A stretch of DNA of 45,325 bases from Candidatus Saccharimonadota bacterium (GTDB lineage: Bacteria > Patescibacteriota > Saccharimonadia > Saccharimonadales > Saccharimonadaceae), in contig WSMR01000001.1 in assembly GCA_013316435.1 (NCBI GenBank), positions 1-45,325 of the forward strand, read 5' to 3'. Shown in pieces: positions 27,577 to 36,586 of the stretch. Made by a program: the position numbers and the translations under genes. Under the pieces are notes generated by a model. That model worked only from the letters and a program-made list of their open reading frames with translations. It did not search any database and had not been told where the DNA came from. Each line of letters begins with the position of its first letter. The first letter of the stretch is position 1.

Positions 27577-28020
27577 ATGGCAACCATTGACCAACAATTT
27601 GTAGAATATATTGTAAAAACGCTCGTGAACAACCCGGACAAAGTTGATGTCGAGCGTGACATTGATGAGCGTGGTGTGCTACTCAGCCTTAGCGTTGACC
27701 CGGAAGATGTTGGTCGCGTAATTGGCAAGCGTGGCGCGACGGCCCAGAGTATTCGTACGTTGCTACGCGTTTTGGGTACCAAAAATGGGGCGCGTTACAA
27801 TTTGAAAGTTGTAAACACCGACGAGGGGGAGGCGGCTGCGGAAGGATATTCAAACGCTCCGAAGGATGATCTAGCGGATCAAGATGCGGCAGAGACCGAA
27901 GCTGATATCGCAGCAGAAGCGGCGAATAGAGACGAGGATGTAAATCCGACCGAAGAAGAGGATGATTTGGCGGCAAAAACTCGTGCAGAGTTGGCTGATC
28001 TAGATGACCTGGATGTTTAG
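27577..28020 (+). CDS. khpA: KH domain RNA-binding protein (KhpA/UPF0109) with acidic tail
   Basis: VEYIVK.LV..PD.V, DVGRVIGKRG.TA.SIRTLL. Confidence 0.88.
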   Translation: MATIDQQFVEYIVKTLVNNPDKVDVERDIDERGVLLSLSVDPEDVGRVIGKRGATAQSIRTLLRVLGTKNGARYNLKVVNTDEGEAAAEGYSNAPKDDLADQDAAETEADIAAEAANRDEDVNPTEEEDDLAAKTRAELADLDDLDV

Positions 28021-28041
28021 TTAGTCATTTTGTCTTGATAG

Positions 28042-28067
28042 AAACCGCCTCTTTTGGGGCGGTTTTT
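28042..28067 (+). terminator. intrinsic terminator
   Basis: aaaccgcctc-tttt-ggggcggttttt. Confidence 0.8.
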
Positions 28068-28099
28068 GCGTGTCAAGAAATATAACCTATCCCCACTAG

Positions 28100-28296
28100 C
28101 CCCTCCCGTACCACACAGCGAACGGCAAAACCGTACCCGCGGTAACCGTTATACTGAGGGAGGACAGCCGTCGGGTACGTACCCAAGTAGTGACCGTACG
28201 TAGCAGAGCCAGCAGTAGTAGACCACCAGATGCCATAGGTGACGCGTGCGTTGATGAAGCCATACGAGCGATCGTAGAAGCCCGTACGGAGAAAGT
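28100..28296 (-). repeat. variable-repeat-like cassette B5
   Basis: FLRTGFYDRSYGFINARVTYGIWWSTTAGSATYGHYLGTYPTAVLPQYNGYRGYGFAVRCVVREG, truncated before the TGA. Confidence 0.9.
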
Positions 28297-28483
28297 ACCA
28301 CCTAAATAATGCTATATAAATTGACTAATTACAATAAAGTTCAACAAAACTGTTGACATATACATGACTCTGTGCTATTCTAGACGAATGTGCTGGTCAA
28401 ATTTGCATTTTTCCGAATACATGTTAAGGTGAAAGCTAGTGAAATCGGTGCAAATATCAACCAGAATTCAGCTAAAGGATTAT

Positions 28484-29026
28484 ATGCCAGTATCAAAAAT
28501 CGACCAAAGTCCTCGACGATCTTCGGCCCATAAAACTTTTTTGCGCAATGAGCATGCCATTCAAAAGGCTCTAAATTTTTATATTTCCGAACGTTCACGG
28601 GGTGTCTCTGTGCGAGATATTTGTCGTGACACTGGTATTTCTTCGCCAACCTTCTATGCACATAGTCCCAATATCAATTCGGCCTATCAAACCTATGAGC
28701 GCAGTTTAGTTGAGGATTTTAGTGGATCTTTTTCGGGCCGTCCGGTTCGCAGTCTTGTTTTTACCTTGCTGCTTAGTTTTGCTTATCGTCATCGTGATTA
28801 TTTTCGGGCGACTTCGCGTAATGCGGATTTTTACATTCTGAGCCAAATTTTAGATCGCGCGCGACTTTTTCTTGTTGGTGGCAAAATTTCCGATCAATCA
28901 TTTACAGTTTATCGCAATGAAATTGCTAGCATCATTATGATTTGGGCAAATTTAGATCATTTTAAAAAGAATAAGGTTGACTTTTATTTGCAAAAGATTA
29001 CGCAACTCAGAATCCGAGAATGGTAA
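28484..29026 (+). CDS. TetR/AcrR-like transcriptional regulator
   Basis: VSVRDICRDTGISSPTFYAH HTH; start uncertain (28439 or 28484). Confidence 0.7.
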   Translation: MPVSKIDQSPRRSSAHKTFLRNEHAIQKALNFYISERSRGVSVRDICRDTGISSPTFYAHSPNINSAYQTYERSLVEDFSGSFSGRPVRSLVFTLLLSFAYRHRDYFRATSRNADFYILSQILDRARLFLVGGKISDQSFTVYRNEIASIIMIWANLDHFKKNKVDFYLQKITQLRIREW

Positions 29027-29038
29027 TTTATTTTTTCT

Positions 29039-30286
29039 TTACATTCCCATTACAATTTTCTGAAATTCCCTGCCGCGCTCTTCAAAATTCTTAAACATAT
29101 CAAAACTAGCGGCACCAGGCGATAGTACTACGATCGAGTTTTGATATTTTTGAGCATTATTACATGCCTTTTCTACGGCGTCCTTCAGGTCTTGAGCAAT
29201 TTCATATTTTGCTGGGTTTTCGTTTTTAGCGAGTTTTTCTTTAGTCTCGCCAATCAGGATAACTTTTTTGATATTTTCACTTCCAAAAAGTTTTTGCTTC
29301 GCCATCGTAAGGTCCAATCCGCGGTCAAGCCCACCGGCAATAATCACAGTTGGCTGATTCATAAAAGTATCAATCGCGACGCTCATAGCTGGAAAAGCCG
29401 AAGAGAAACTATCGTCATAATATTTCACGCCGCCTTTTTTACAGACAAACTCTAGGCGATGCGGCAAACCTCTGAACTCGCTCAACGATTCAGCTAGTTC
29501 ATTACTATACTTTTCTAGTAGCTTCTCTAGATTTACGTTCAGTGTCGCAGCCGTGGCGAGAACTGCTGCTTCAGCATTTTCTTTATTATGTTCACCAACA
29601 ATCGCCAAACTCTGCACTACTTTTTCTAGCGCAGCATCTTTAACCGGGTAAGCAATTTTCTTTCCATTACTAATTTCCGCAATCCGCTTTGAATCGGCGT
29701 TCTGATTATAATATATACAGAAATCATCCGGTTTCTGCCATTTAGTAATATTGGACTTTGCGGCAACATAATCATTATAGTCATCATGTACGTTGAGATG
29801 GTCGGGCTCGACCCGAAGCACGAGGGCGATATGGGGAGATTGATCAAGATCCCAAAGCTGAAAACTACTAAGCTCATAAACCACAATATCTTCTGTGCTA
29901 ATTTCGTCAAGTACGTCTAGAGCTGGCGTGCCAATATTCCCCACTAGCCAAACCTTTTTGCCGATTTTCTTTAGTAAATCGTGCGTCATGCTGGCGGTCG
30001 TGCCCTTGCCCTTGGTTCCGGTAATGCCGATAATTTGTGCTGGACAATGTTGAAAGAATATTTTCGTAACGCTGGTAATTTCGGTATTGGAAGTAACTCG
30101 TTTGATTTTATGTGGCGAAACCGAAGGCGTGCGTACTACTAAGTCAAATTTTTCTAGTCCAAATTCTTCAAGCTCATCAGTTTTAAAACCATCGAAAATT
30201 TCAAAATTAGCTGCAGGGTAGTGCTTTTTTAGCCATTTTTCAGCGCATTTACCTTCTTTGCCATAGCCCAGGATTGCAATTTTCAT
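29039..30286 (-). CDS. murD: UDP-N-acetylmuramoyl-L-alanine--glutamate ligase
   Basis: ITGTKGKGTT, GNIG, ELSSFQL, DHL..H, HRLE, DDS, LSPGAASFDMF. Confidence 0.93.
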   Translation of the reverse strand: MKIAILGYGKEGKCAEKWLKKHYPAANFEIFDGFKTDELEEFGLEKFDLVVRTPSVSPHKIKRVTSNTEITSVTKIFFQHCPAQIIGITGTKGKGTTASMTHDLLKKIGKKVWLVGNIGTPALDVLDEISTEDIVVYELSSFQLWDLDQSPHIALVLRVEPDHLNVHDDYNDYVAAKSNITKWQKPDDFCIYYNQNADSKRIAEISNGKKIAYPVKDAALEKVVQSLAIVGEHNKENAEAAVLATAATLNVNLEKLLEKYSNELAESLSEFRGLPHRLEFVCKKGGVKYYDDSFSSAFPAMSVAIDTFMNQPTVIIAGGLDRGLDLTMAKQKLFGSENIKKVILIGETKEKLAKNENPAKYEIAQDLKDAVEKACNNAQKYQNSIVVLSPGAASFDMFKNFEERGREFQKIVMGM

Positions 30287-31557
30287 GAAAACTTTAACCT
30301 TTCCGCTAGTTTTACGATACTCGCTTTATCAATCGAGCTAACTGCAACTAGCGAATTAATCCCGCTGCCGATAAACTCGCGTGCAAGATCAACCATTGTG
30401 ACTTTTTTAATCTTTTTTATTTCACTTGGCATACTATCGTATTTGCCCACAATTCCGTTCATAAAATAGTTATCGGCATAAAAATCGGCAATCTGACCGA
30501 CAGTTTGTGCGCCCATTTGGTAGCGACCAGTGGCGTAACTTTTTGCCGCTTCAATTGACTCGTCGCTAATATCTCCGTTCAAAACTTTTACAATCTCGGT
30601 ATGAATCAAATCGAATAACTTTTCGGCGCTTTCAGTATTAACTTCACCATCAAAATCCCATGAAGTATTATGCCAACCATTACTAATATCGCTCCCCATG
30701 CCATAAACCAGCCCGCCTTTGCGAGCTTGACCAAAAATACGACTACCGGTTGTGCCGTTTAGAATGTGATTTAATAAATTCATCGCATAAGTTTCAGCCA
30801 GTTCAAGTTTGCGTGGCACTACCCAAGAAAAACCAAAAGTGATGTTTGAGGCGTCTTTTCGACGAATCAAAATTGGGTTCGCGGCGTGGAGCTCATCGTA
30901 CGGGATTTCAAAGCGTTCGCCGGATTTTAATTCCCAACCTTCTAGCATTTTGAGAATTTCCTTTTTGCGATGACGCAAATTCCCGGCAATAATAAAACGT
31001 AGATTCTCGGCTGTATGCGTACGACGATAATGTTCGCGAATATCGCGCAGCTCAATATTTGAGATTGTTTTTACGCGTTCTTGTAAATCCGGAATTTGTT
31101 CGCCAATGCTTTGCTGTAGTCGCGGCCAAAGCAAACGACTATAATCATTCATATAGCCAGTTAGTTCGGCGCGGACATTCCCCTTTTCGCTTTGCAATTC
31201 TTCATTATTAAACCGCGGGCTAGCAATCGCAACTTGCTGTAAATGCATGATTCGATCCCATTCAAGATCGGCACACTCACTTTCATAGCAAACTGAAAAA
31301 TCGGACGTCCAGGCATTATGATAGGCGCCATTTTTGGTAAACTCGGCTTCAAAAGCTTGTTCGCTACTAAATTCGGCATTTGCTCCAAAAGCTAAATGTT
31401 CAACAATATGAGAAATTTCATAGAGTTCCGGTTTTTTGGCATAACGAAGTCCAGCCCGAAATTGAAATTTCGTGTCCATTACGCTCGCGCCCGGTACGTC
31501 AATAAGTAAGCCTTTTGCGCCTGACGCTAAAACAATCTCTTCAACTGAATGTTTTAT
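30283..31557 (-). CDS. M16 family zinc peptidase
   Basis: HIVEH (HxxEH), NAWTS; the frame is open upstream of ATG 31479 to an ATA at 31557 overlapping the secA stop. Confidence 0.82.
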   Translation of the reverse strand: MKHSVEEIVLASGAKGLLIDVPGASVMDTKFQFRAGLRYAKKPELYEISHIVEHLAFGANAEFSSEQAFEAEFTKNGAYHNAWTSDFSVCYESECADLEWDRIMHLQQVAIASPRFNNEELQSEKGNVRAELTGYMNDYSRLLWPRLQQSIGEQIPDLQERVKTISNIELRDIREHYRRTHTAENLRFIIAGNLRHRKKEILKMLEGWELKSGERFEIPYDELHAANPILIRRKDASNITFGFSWVVPRKLELAETYAMNLLNHILNGTTGSRIFGQARKGGLVYGMGSDISNGWHNTSWDFDGEVNTESAEKLFDLIHTEIVKVLNGDISDESIEAAKSYATGRYQMGAQTVGQIADFYADNYFMNGIVGKYDSMPSEIKKIKKVTMVDLAREFIGSGINSLVAVSSIDKASIVKLAERLKFS

Positions 31558-34328
31558 CGCTGTTTTCCTTTCTTGCGATTTTGGCGTTGCTTCTTTTTGG
31601 CCTTGCGGCTAGCATTGCGTTTTTGGTTGTTAGAATTTGTAGCTTTAGTTTGCTTTTGTTCGCTAGAACCGGTAGTTTTCTCGTCCTCAGAAAATTCTTT
31701 GTCGAGGTTCTTTTCGCCGGCCGAAATTTCGTTAACGCCTTTCTCGGTAGCGCTTTCTGCCATTTTAGTTAGTTCTGACTCGTATTCTTCATTTTGTTCA
31801 CGCTCAACTTCTTGCTTGCGTAGGCTTAACATAACGCGCAAAACTTCTTCGCGCAGATTTTTTTCGAGCCCATCAAACAACTTTTGTGATTCACTACGAT
31901 ATTCGACTAGTGGATCGCGCTGCCCAACGCTACGCCAATGAATTCCCTCGCGCAAGTGCTGCATATTTTCCAGGTGCTGCATCCAAAGAATATCTAGTAC
32001 TTGTAAGTAAACTTTGCGCTCGGCTTGGGCAATAATTTCTTCGCCAATTTCCTGTTCTTTTTCTTCGTAACGCTGTTCGATTTCTTCAAGAATTGCATTT
32101 ACGCGATCTTTTTCTTTGCGCATTTTGCCAATAGCTTCGGCGCGGTCACTACCAATCTCAATAACCGATTGTAGTTCCTCAACAAATTTTGGATTAACCC
32201 GCAAGCTATCCTTACCGAGATCTTGAGCAATGTTCTTCGTTAAGCGTTGAATCTCATCATGAATGTCTTTACCGTCAAGAATTTTGCGTCGCATAGTATA
32301 AACAACTTTGCGATGACGATTGATTACGTTGTCATACTGCACGACATTTTTGCGCGAATCGAAGTTAAATCCTTCAATGCGTTTTTGGGCAGCCTCAAGG
32401 GTTTTGGAGACGCTCTTATTCTGGATTGGCGTATTTTCGTCTACGCCAAGTCGATCCATAAGCATGGCGATGCGGTCGCCTTGGAAAATACGCATGAGGT
32501 CGTCTTCGCAACTGACGAAAAACTGGGTTGTGCCAGGATCGCCCTGACGTCCACCGCGTCCACGTAGCTGATTATCAACCCGCCTTGAGTCATGACGCTC
32601 CGAACCAATTACGACTAGACCGCCTAGTTCTTTAACGCCGTCGCCAAGTTTAATATCGGTGCCACGCCCCGCAAGGTTGGTTGCAAGAGTCACGGCGCCC
32701 TTTTCACCAGCTTTTTCAACGATTGCCGCCTCGCGCTCATTATTCTTGGCGTTTAGTAGTTCATATTTGATGCCCTGCGAATCGAGATATTTTGCGATCC
32801 GCTCGTTATTGGCAATACTGCCCGACCCCACTAGCACTGGCTGACCTTTCTCGTGGTACTTTTTGATTTCTTCGGCAATTGCCTTCAGCTTTCCGGCTTC
32901 GGTCTTATAAATCAAATCGTCTTTATCAACGCGCTGAATCGGCTTGTTGGGTGGAATTTGAATTACGTCAAGTGAATAAATCTGCTGAAATTCTTCGGCT
33001 TCGGTAAAAGCCGTCCCGGTCATACCGGATAATTTATGATACAGCCTAAAGAAATTTTGGAAACTAATTGTAGCAAGAGTCATTGATTCTTGTTTAACCG
33101 CCACGCCTTCTTTAGCTTCAATGGCTTGATGTAAACCTTCGTTATATCTTCGTCCTTGCATGAGGCGCCCGGTATGTTCGTCCACAATTACTACATCGCC
33201 GGAATTTGTTACCACGTAATCTTTGTCACGCTGGAAGACGATCTGCGCCCTCAGAGCTTGTTCGATATGATAGACATGGCGATTATGCTTGGTGGAATAA
33301 AGATTTTTAATACCAAGCAGATCCTGTACCTTTTCAACGCCTTCGTCAGTTAGCGCTACGCTGCGACGCTTTTCGTCGAAGACATAGTCGCTATCACCTA
33401 GCTCGGCGGCGATGCGGGCGAATTTATAATATAGATCCGGATTTTCGCCAGCTGGAGCAGAAATAATGAGTGGTGTGCGCGCTTCATCAATCAAAATTGA
33501 ATCGACTTCGTCTACGATTGCAAAATTAAGGCCGCGCTGACGCAGATATTTAGGATCGTCAACCATGTTGTCGCGTAGATAATCGAATCCAAATTCATTA
33601 TTGGTACCATAAGTAACATCGGCGGCGTATGCCTCTTTGCGAGTGGCTGGTTTGAGATGGCGGAAGCGTTCATCCTCGTGCTCGGTATTCTCGAATTCAG
33701 GATCGTAAACATAGCTCGCCTGATTAATAATTACGCCCACGCTTAGTCCTAAGAAATGATAAACTGGTGCATTCCAGCCCGCGTCACGTTGAGCAAGATA
33801 ATCATTGACCGTGACAACATGTACACCTTTTCCGGTCAATGCATTAAGATATGCCGGTAGCATTGCAACAAGGGTCTTGCCTTCACCAGTTTTCATCTCG
33901 GCGACATTGCCTTCGTGGAGTACCATACCACCAATGAGTTGAACATCAAACGGTCGCATACCAAGGATGCGCTTCGAAGCTTCCCTTGCCACCGCAAAGC
34001 TATCTGCAAGAACTGCATCAAGCTCCTTTTCTTTGCCCTTGCCGGCGCGCTCGCGCAACACCTCGGTCTGTTTCGCGAGCTCATCATCAGACATCTGTTC
34101 GTATTTTGGCTCAAGAGCATTAATTTCAAGAACTTTCTTATAGAGACGCTTTAGGATTTTTTTCTGTGCATCGCCAAACACGCCTTGCAAAAAGCGCGTC
34201 ATGCGTGTCCGGTCGGCAAGTTTGTCGGTTGGTTTTTTCTCTTTGGTATGAATTTTTAGTGATTTTTTTGTCTTTTCACTAGGTATCTGCGCGTCCTTCG
34301 CGCCTTTCTCTTCGGCCATAATCTCCAC
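31554..34328 (-). CDS. secA: preprotein translocase subunit SecA
   Basis: MKTGEGKT, VTVNDYLA, DEVDSILIDEARTPLIIS, QLRGRGGRQGDPG. Confidence 0.98.
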   Translation of the reverse strand: MEIMAEEKGAKDAQIPSEKTKKSLKIHTKEKKPTDKLADRTRMTRFLQGVFGDAQKKILKRLYKKVLEINALEPKYEQMSDDELAKQTEVLRERAGKGKEKELDAVLADSFAVAREASKRILGMRPFDVQLIGGMVLHEGNVAEMKTGEGKTLVAMLPAYLNALTGKGVHVVTVNDYLAQRDAGWNAPVYHFLGLSVGVIINQASYVYDPEFENTEHEDERFRHLKPATRKEAYAADVTYGTNNEFGFDYLRDNMVDDPKYLRQRGLNFAIVDEVDSILIDEARTPLIISAPAGENPDLYYKFARIAAELGDSDYVFDEKRRSVALTDEGVEKVQDLLGIKNLYSTKHNRHVYHIEQALRAQIVFQRDKDYVVTNSGDVVIVDEHTGRLMQGRRYNEGLHQAIEAKEGVAVKQESMTLATISFQNFFRLYHKLSGMTGTAFTEAEEFQQIYSLDVIQIPPNKPIQRVDKDDLIYKTEAGKLKAIAEEIKKYHEKGQPVLVGSGSIANNERIAKYLDSQGIKYELLNAKNNEREAAIVEKAGEKGAVTLATNLAGRGTDIKLGDGVKELGGLVVIGSERHDSRRVDNQLRGRGGRQGDPGTTQFFVSCEDDLMRIFQGDRIAMLMDRLGVDENTPIQNKSVSKTLEAAQKRIEGFNFDSRKNVVQYDNVINRHRKVVYTMRRKILDGKDIHDEIQRLTKNIAQDLGKDSLRVNPKFVEELQSVIEIGSDRAEAIGKMRKEKDRVNAILEEIEQRYEEKEQEIGEEIIAQAERKVYLQVLDILWMQHLENMQHLREGIHWRSVGQRDPLVEYRSESQKLFDGLEKNLREEVLRVMLSLRKQEVEREQNEEYESELTKMAESATEKGVNEISAGEKNLDKEFSEDEKTTGSSEQKQTKATNSNNQKRNASRKAKKKQRQNRKKGKQR

Positions 34329-34365
34329 GATCCTTCATTAGAACTTACCCCCGTATTATACCACA

Positions 34366-34728
34366 CTAACCCCTCTTAATAAACAGGTTCTTGAGACCTT
34401 TTTTGGAAAGATGTGGAGTGGCTTCGAGCTTATAGCGACGAATCTGCCCCTTGAGTTTTGCCTCAAGAATATCAATGCCAGCAAAAACGTTTGAGCATTC
34501 ATCCTTGGCACTGATAACCTTGCCACCTGGAATCTCCATGGAGGCAGAAATTTCGTATTTATTGCCGTGTGCACGATCAATTTCAGTAACTACGACTTTC
34601 GCAATCACATCCTTCTTGTTTCCTCGTGGTAAAAATCGATCAAGCTTGCCAATGCGTTTAGTTACATATTTATGAAAACTTTCTGAAACTTTGTAGTTGC
34701 TACCACTGAGTTCAATTTTATCGATCAT
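34366..34728 (-). CDS. hpf: ribosome hibernation factor HPF/RaiA
   Basis: YV.KRIGKLDRF, FA.ID....KL..QIRRYK; upstream of secA. Confidence 0.85.
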   Translation of the reverse strand: MIDKIELSGSNYKVSESFHKYVTKRIGKLDRFLPRGNKKDVIAKVVVTEIDRAHGNKYEISASMEIPGGKVISAKDECSNVFAGIDILEAKLKGQIRRYKLEATPHLSKKGLKNLFIKRG

Positions 34729-34729
34729 T

Positions 34730-35026
34730 TTATAGCCCCAAATTGCCCAAGCTTCCCATTAGCGGTTTCATCTTGTCAGCAGCGATTTCCTGCGCTTTAG
34801 CATAACCATCACGCATACAATCCTCTACCCAATGCTCAAGCTCGGAAATATCATCAAGGTCAACGCGTTCCGGGTCAATTTTAACGCTTTTAATTTTTAA
34901 CTCACCGTTAATCTGTACAACTACTGCTCCATCGCCCGCTTCGACTTCAACCACCTCATTTTTGAGGGATTTCTGTGCTTTTCTGAGCTGATTCAGCATT
35001 TTCATTTGGTCCATCGTGGCGCCCAT
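34730..35026 (-). CDS. YbaB/EbfC nucleoid-associated protein
   Basis: EAGDGAVVV.INGE..I..V.IDP. Confidence 0.88.
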   Translation of the reverse strand: MGATMDQMKMLNQLRKAQKSLKNEVVEVEAGDGAVVVQINGELKIKSVKIDPERVDLDDISELEHWVEDCMRDGYAKAQEIAADKMKPLMGSLGNLGL

Positions 35027-35032
35027 AAATTC

Positions 35033-36481
35033 CTACTCCTTACTACTATACAAATATATTCTATCAGAATTTTCAGATTTTGGCGAGGTGATAATGCGGC
35101 TTGGATCGCGCTCAAGGTTTTGTTTTTCGATGGTCGCAAAGGTCTCCGGCAAGTCATCCTCCCCTGGTAAACTATCGCTCACAGTGTAGCCTTGATGGTT
35201 GAGCTCGAGGATTTTTAGGAACTGATATTCAGTCGGCTGGTCAATCACAAAAATCGTCGTTCCCCGCTCAAGCTTCTTTGTCACTAGGCTAATATCGTTA
35301 CTAAATTCATTTGCAACGGTGGGGATATAACGATAACCAAAGATAAAGTGGCTAATCCCGCCCACAATCATGATTCCCAAAAATAGTCCAATCGGGAAAA
35401 TGGCAATAATGCGTGCGTAAGGGTTATCCGGGAACAAATCATACCATTTACTGAGGATGTAGCGCAAACCATGAGCAATCAAAATTGCCATTGGTAGGAG
35501 AATCAGAATGGCTGACTCGGGGTTTAGTCCGGCCAGGAAAATTGTAAAGATAATCAGCCAAGTTGCAATTGAATTACGACTGGCAAAAAATCCCTTGGCG
35601 GTACTGAGTAGTCCAATCACGGCAAGTGCAATCGAAGCCAGCCCGATAAACGGTGACAAGAAAACGCTCTCGAGGGTGGTATTCCACGAAAATAGCGGCA
35701 CGAAAGCCTCGCGAACGTTCGCAAAAAATTGTTCAAAAGTCAGCCCGGGCGCAAGCAAAATCTCAGAAATAATAATTGGGCTGACAATTGCCCCCACGAC
35801 CAGTGACGCTAGTCCCAGTAGAATAATAAAAATTGTAAAAATCAGAGGAATGGTCGGAAGAGTTTTGATGGTGAAGCGCAGGTGCGGATGAATCATGGCA
35901 AAAATCACAATAAATCCGGCAAGATAAATAATATGCGGGGTGAAAATTGCCGCGAGCAGCGCAAAAGCAAAGATGAAGCAGTAAAACGGCTTTGGCTTGG
36001 TTACGCCTTGGATTTTTGAGCCTAGCCAAAGCAACAGAGTTGGCCAAAAAACTAGCATAATCAGCGGCGTTCCGGATCCGGCTAGATAGAGAAATGAACC
36101 TGATAACACAGCAAGTATCGACGCCATTAGGGCGACATTGGTTTTGAACCAGCGGTTAAGTAGTAGAATTAGCAATAGCCCAAGAAAGACTCCAATAATA
36201 ATGCTAGGCAGTTTCACCGCATAGACATTCAACCCAAAAAACATAATTGAGAGTTTTTGGAGCGCGTGGTAAGGCAAATCTACTACGTCACCCTTGAAAA
36301 TCGAAGTAAAATCGAGCGCATAAGATTCGGTCGCGGAAATCATTTCGCCTTCAGATAGGCCGCCCGGCGAGAGGAGCGGTAAACCAAAAAGTAGCCCAAG
36401 ATACGCCAACCCCAGTAGGATAAAACCAATTTGGAAACGATGACGATAGAGAAAAAGTTTCGAAATGATTAGCTTCTTCAC
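35033..36481 (-). CDS. polytopic membrane protein, GT-C/PMT-like glycosyltransferase candidate
   Basis: More than 10 hydrophobic segments, PYH.L...S...FG......KLPS pattern. Confidence 0.55.
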   Translation of the reverse strand: MKKLIISKLFLYRHRFQIGFILLGLAYLGLLFGLPLLSPGGLSEGEMISATESYALDFTSIFKGDVVDLPYHALQKLSIMFFGLNVYAVKLPSIIIGVFLGLLLILLLNRWFKTNVALMASILAVLSGSFLYLAGSGTPLIMLVFWPTLLLWLGSKIQGVTKPKPFYCFIFAFALLAAIFTPHIIYLAGFIVIFAMIHPHLRFTIKTLPTIPLIFTIFIILLGLASLVVGAIVSPIIISEILLAPGLTFEQFFANVREAFVPLFSWNTTLESVFLSPFIGLASIALAVIGLLSTAKGFFASRNSIATWLIIFTIFLAGLNPESAILILLPMAILIAHGLRYILSKWYDLFPDNPYARIIAIFPIGLFLGIMIVGGISHFIFGYRYIPTVANEFSNDISLVTKKLERGTTIFVIDQPTEYQFLKILELNHQGYTVSDSLPGEDDLPETFATIEKQNLERDPSRIITSPKSENSDRIYLYSSKE

Positions 36482-36586
36482 GGTCTAATTATATCACGCT
36501 GGTTAAGTTTTTGGCCAAAAATAAGCCCCATTTCTCTATTATAGCACACATGCCTCAAAAAGTCAATATGGCTGCCGCTACCCCTA

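Noticed and set aside
1-28296. Cassettes as a CRISPR array
   Set aside because: No short repeats with unique spacers and no cas genes; the units are ~200-bp homologous coding fragments.
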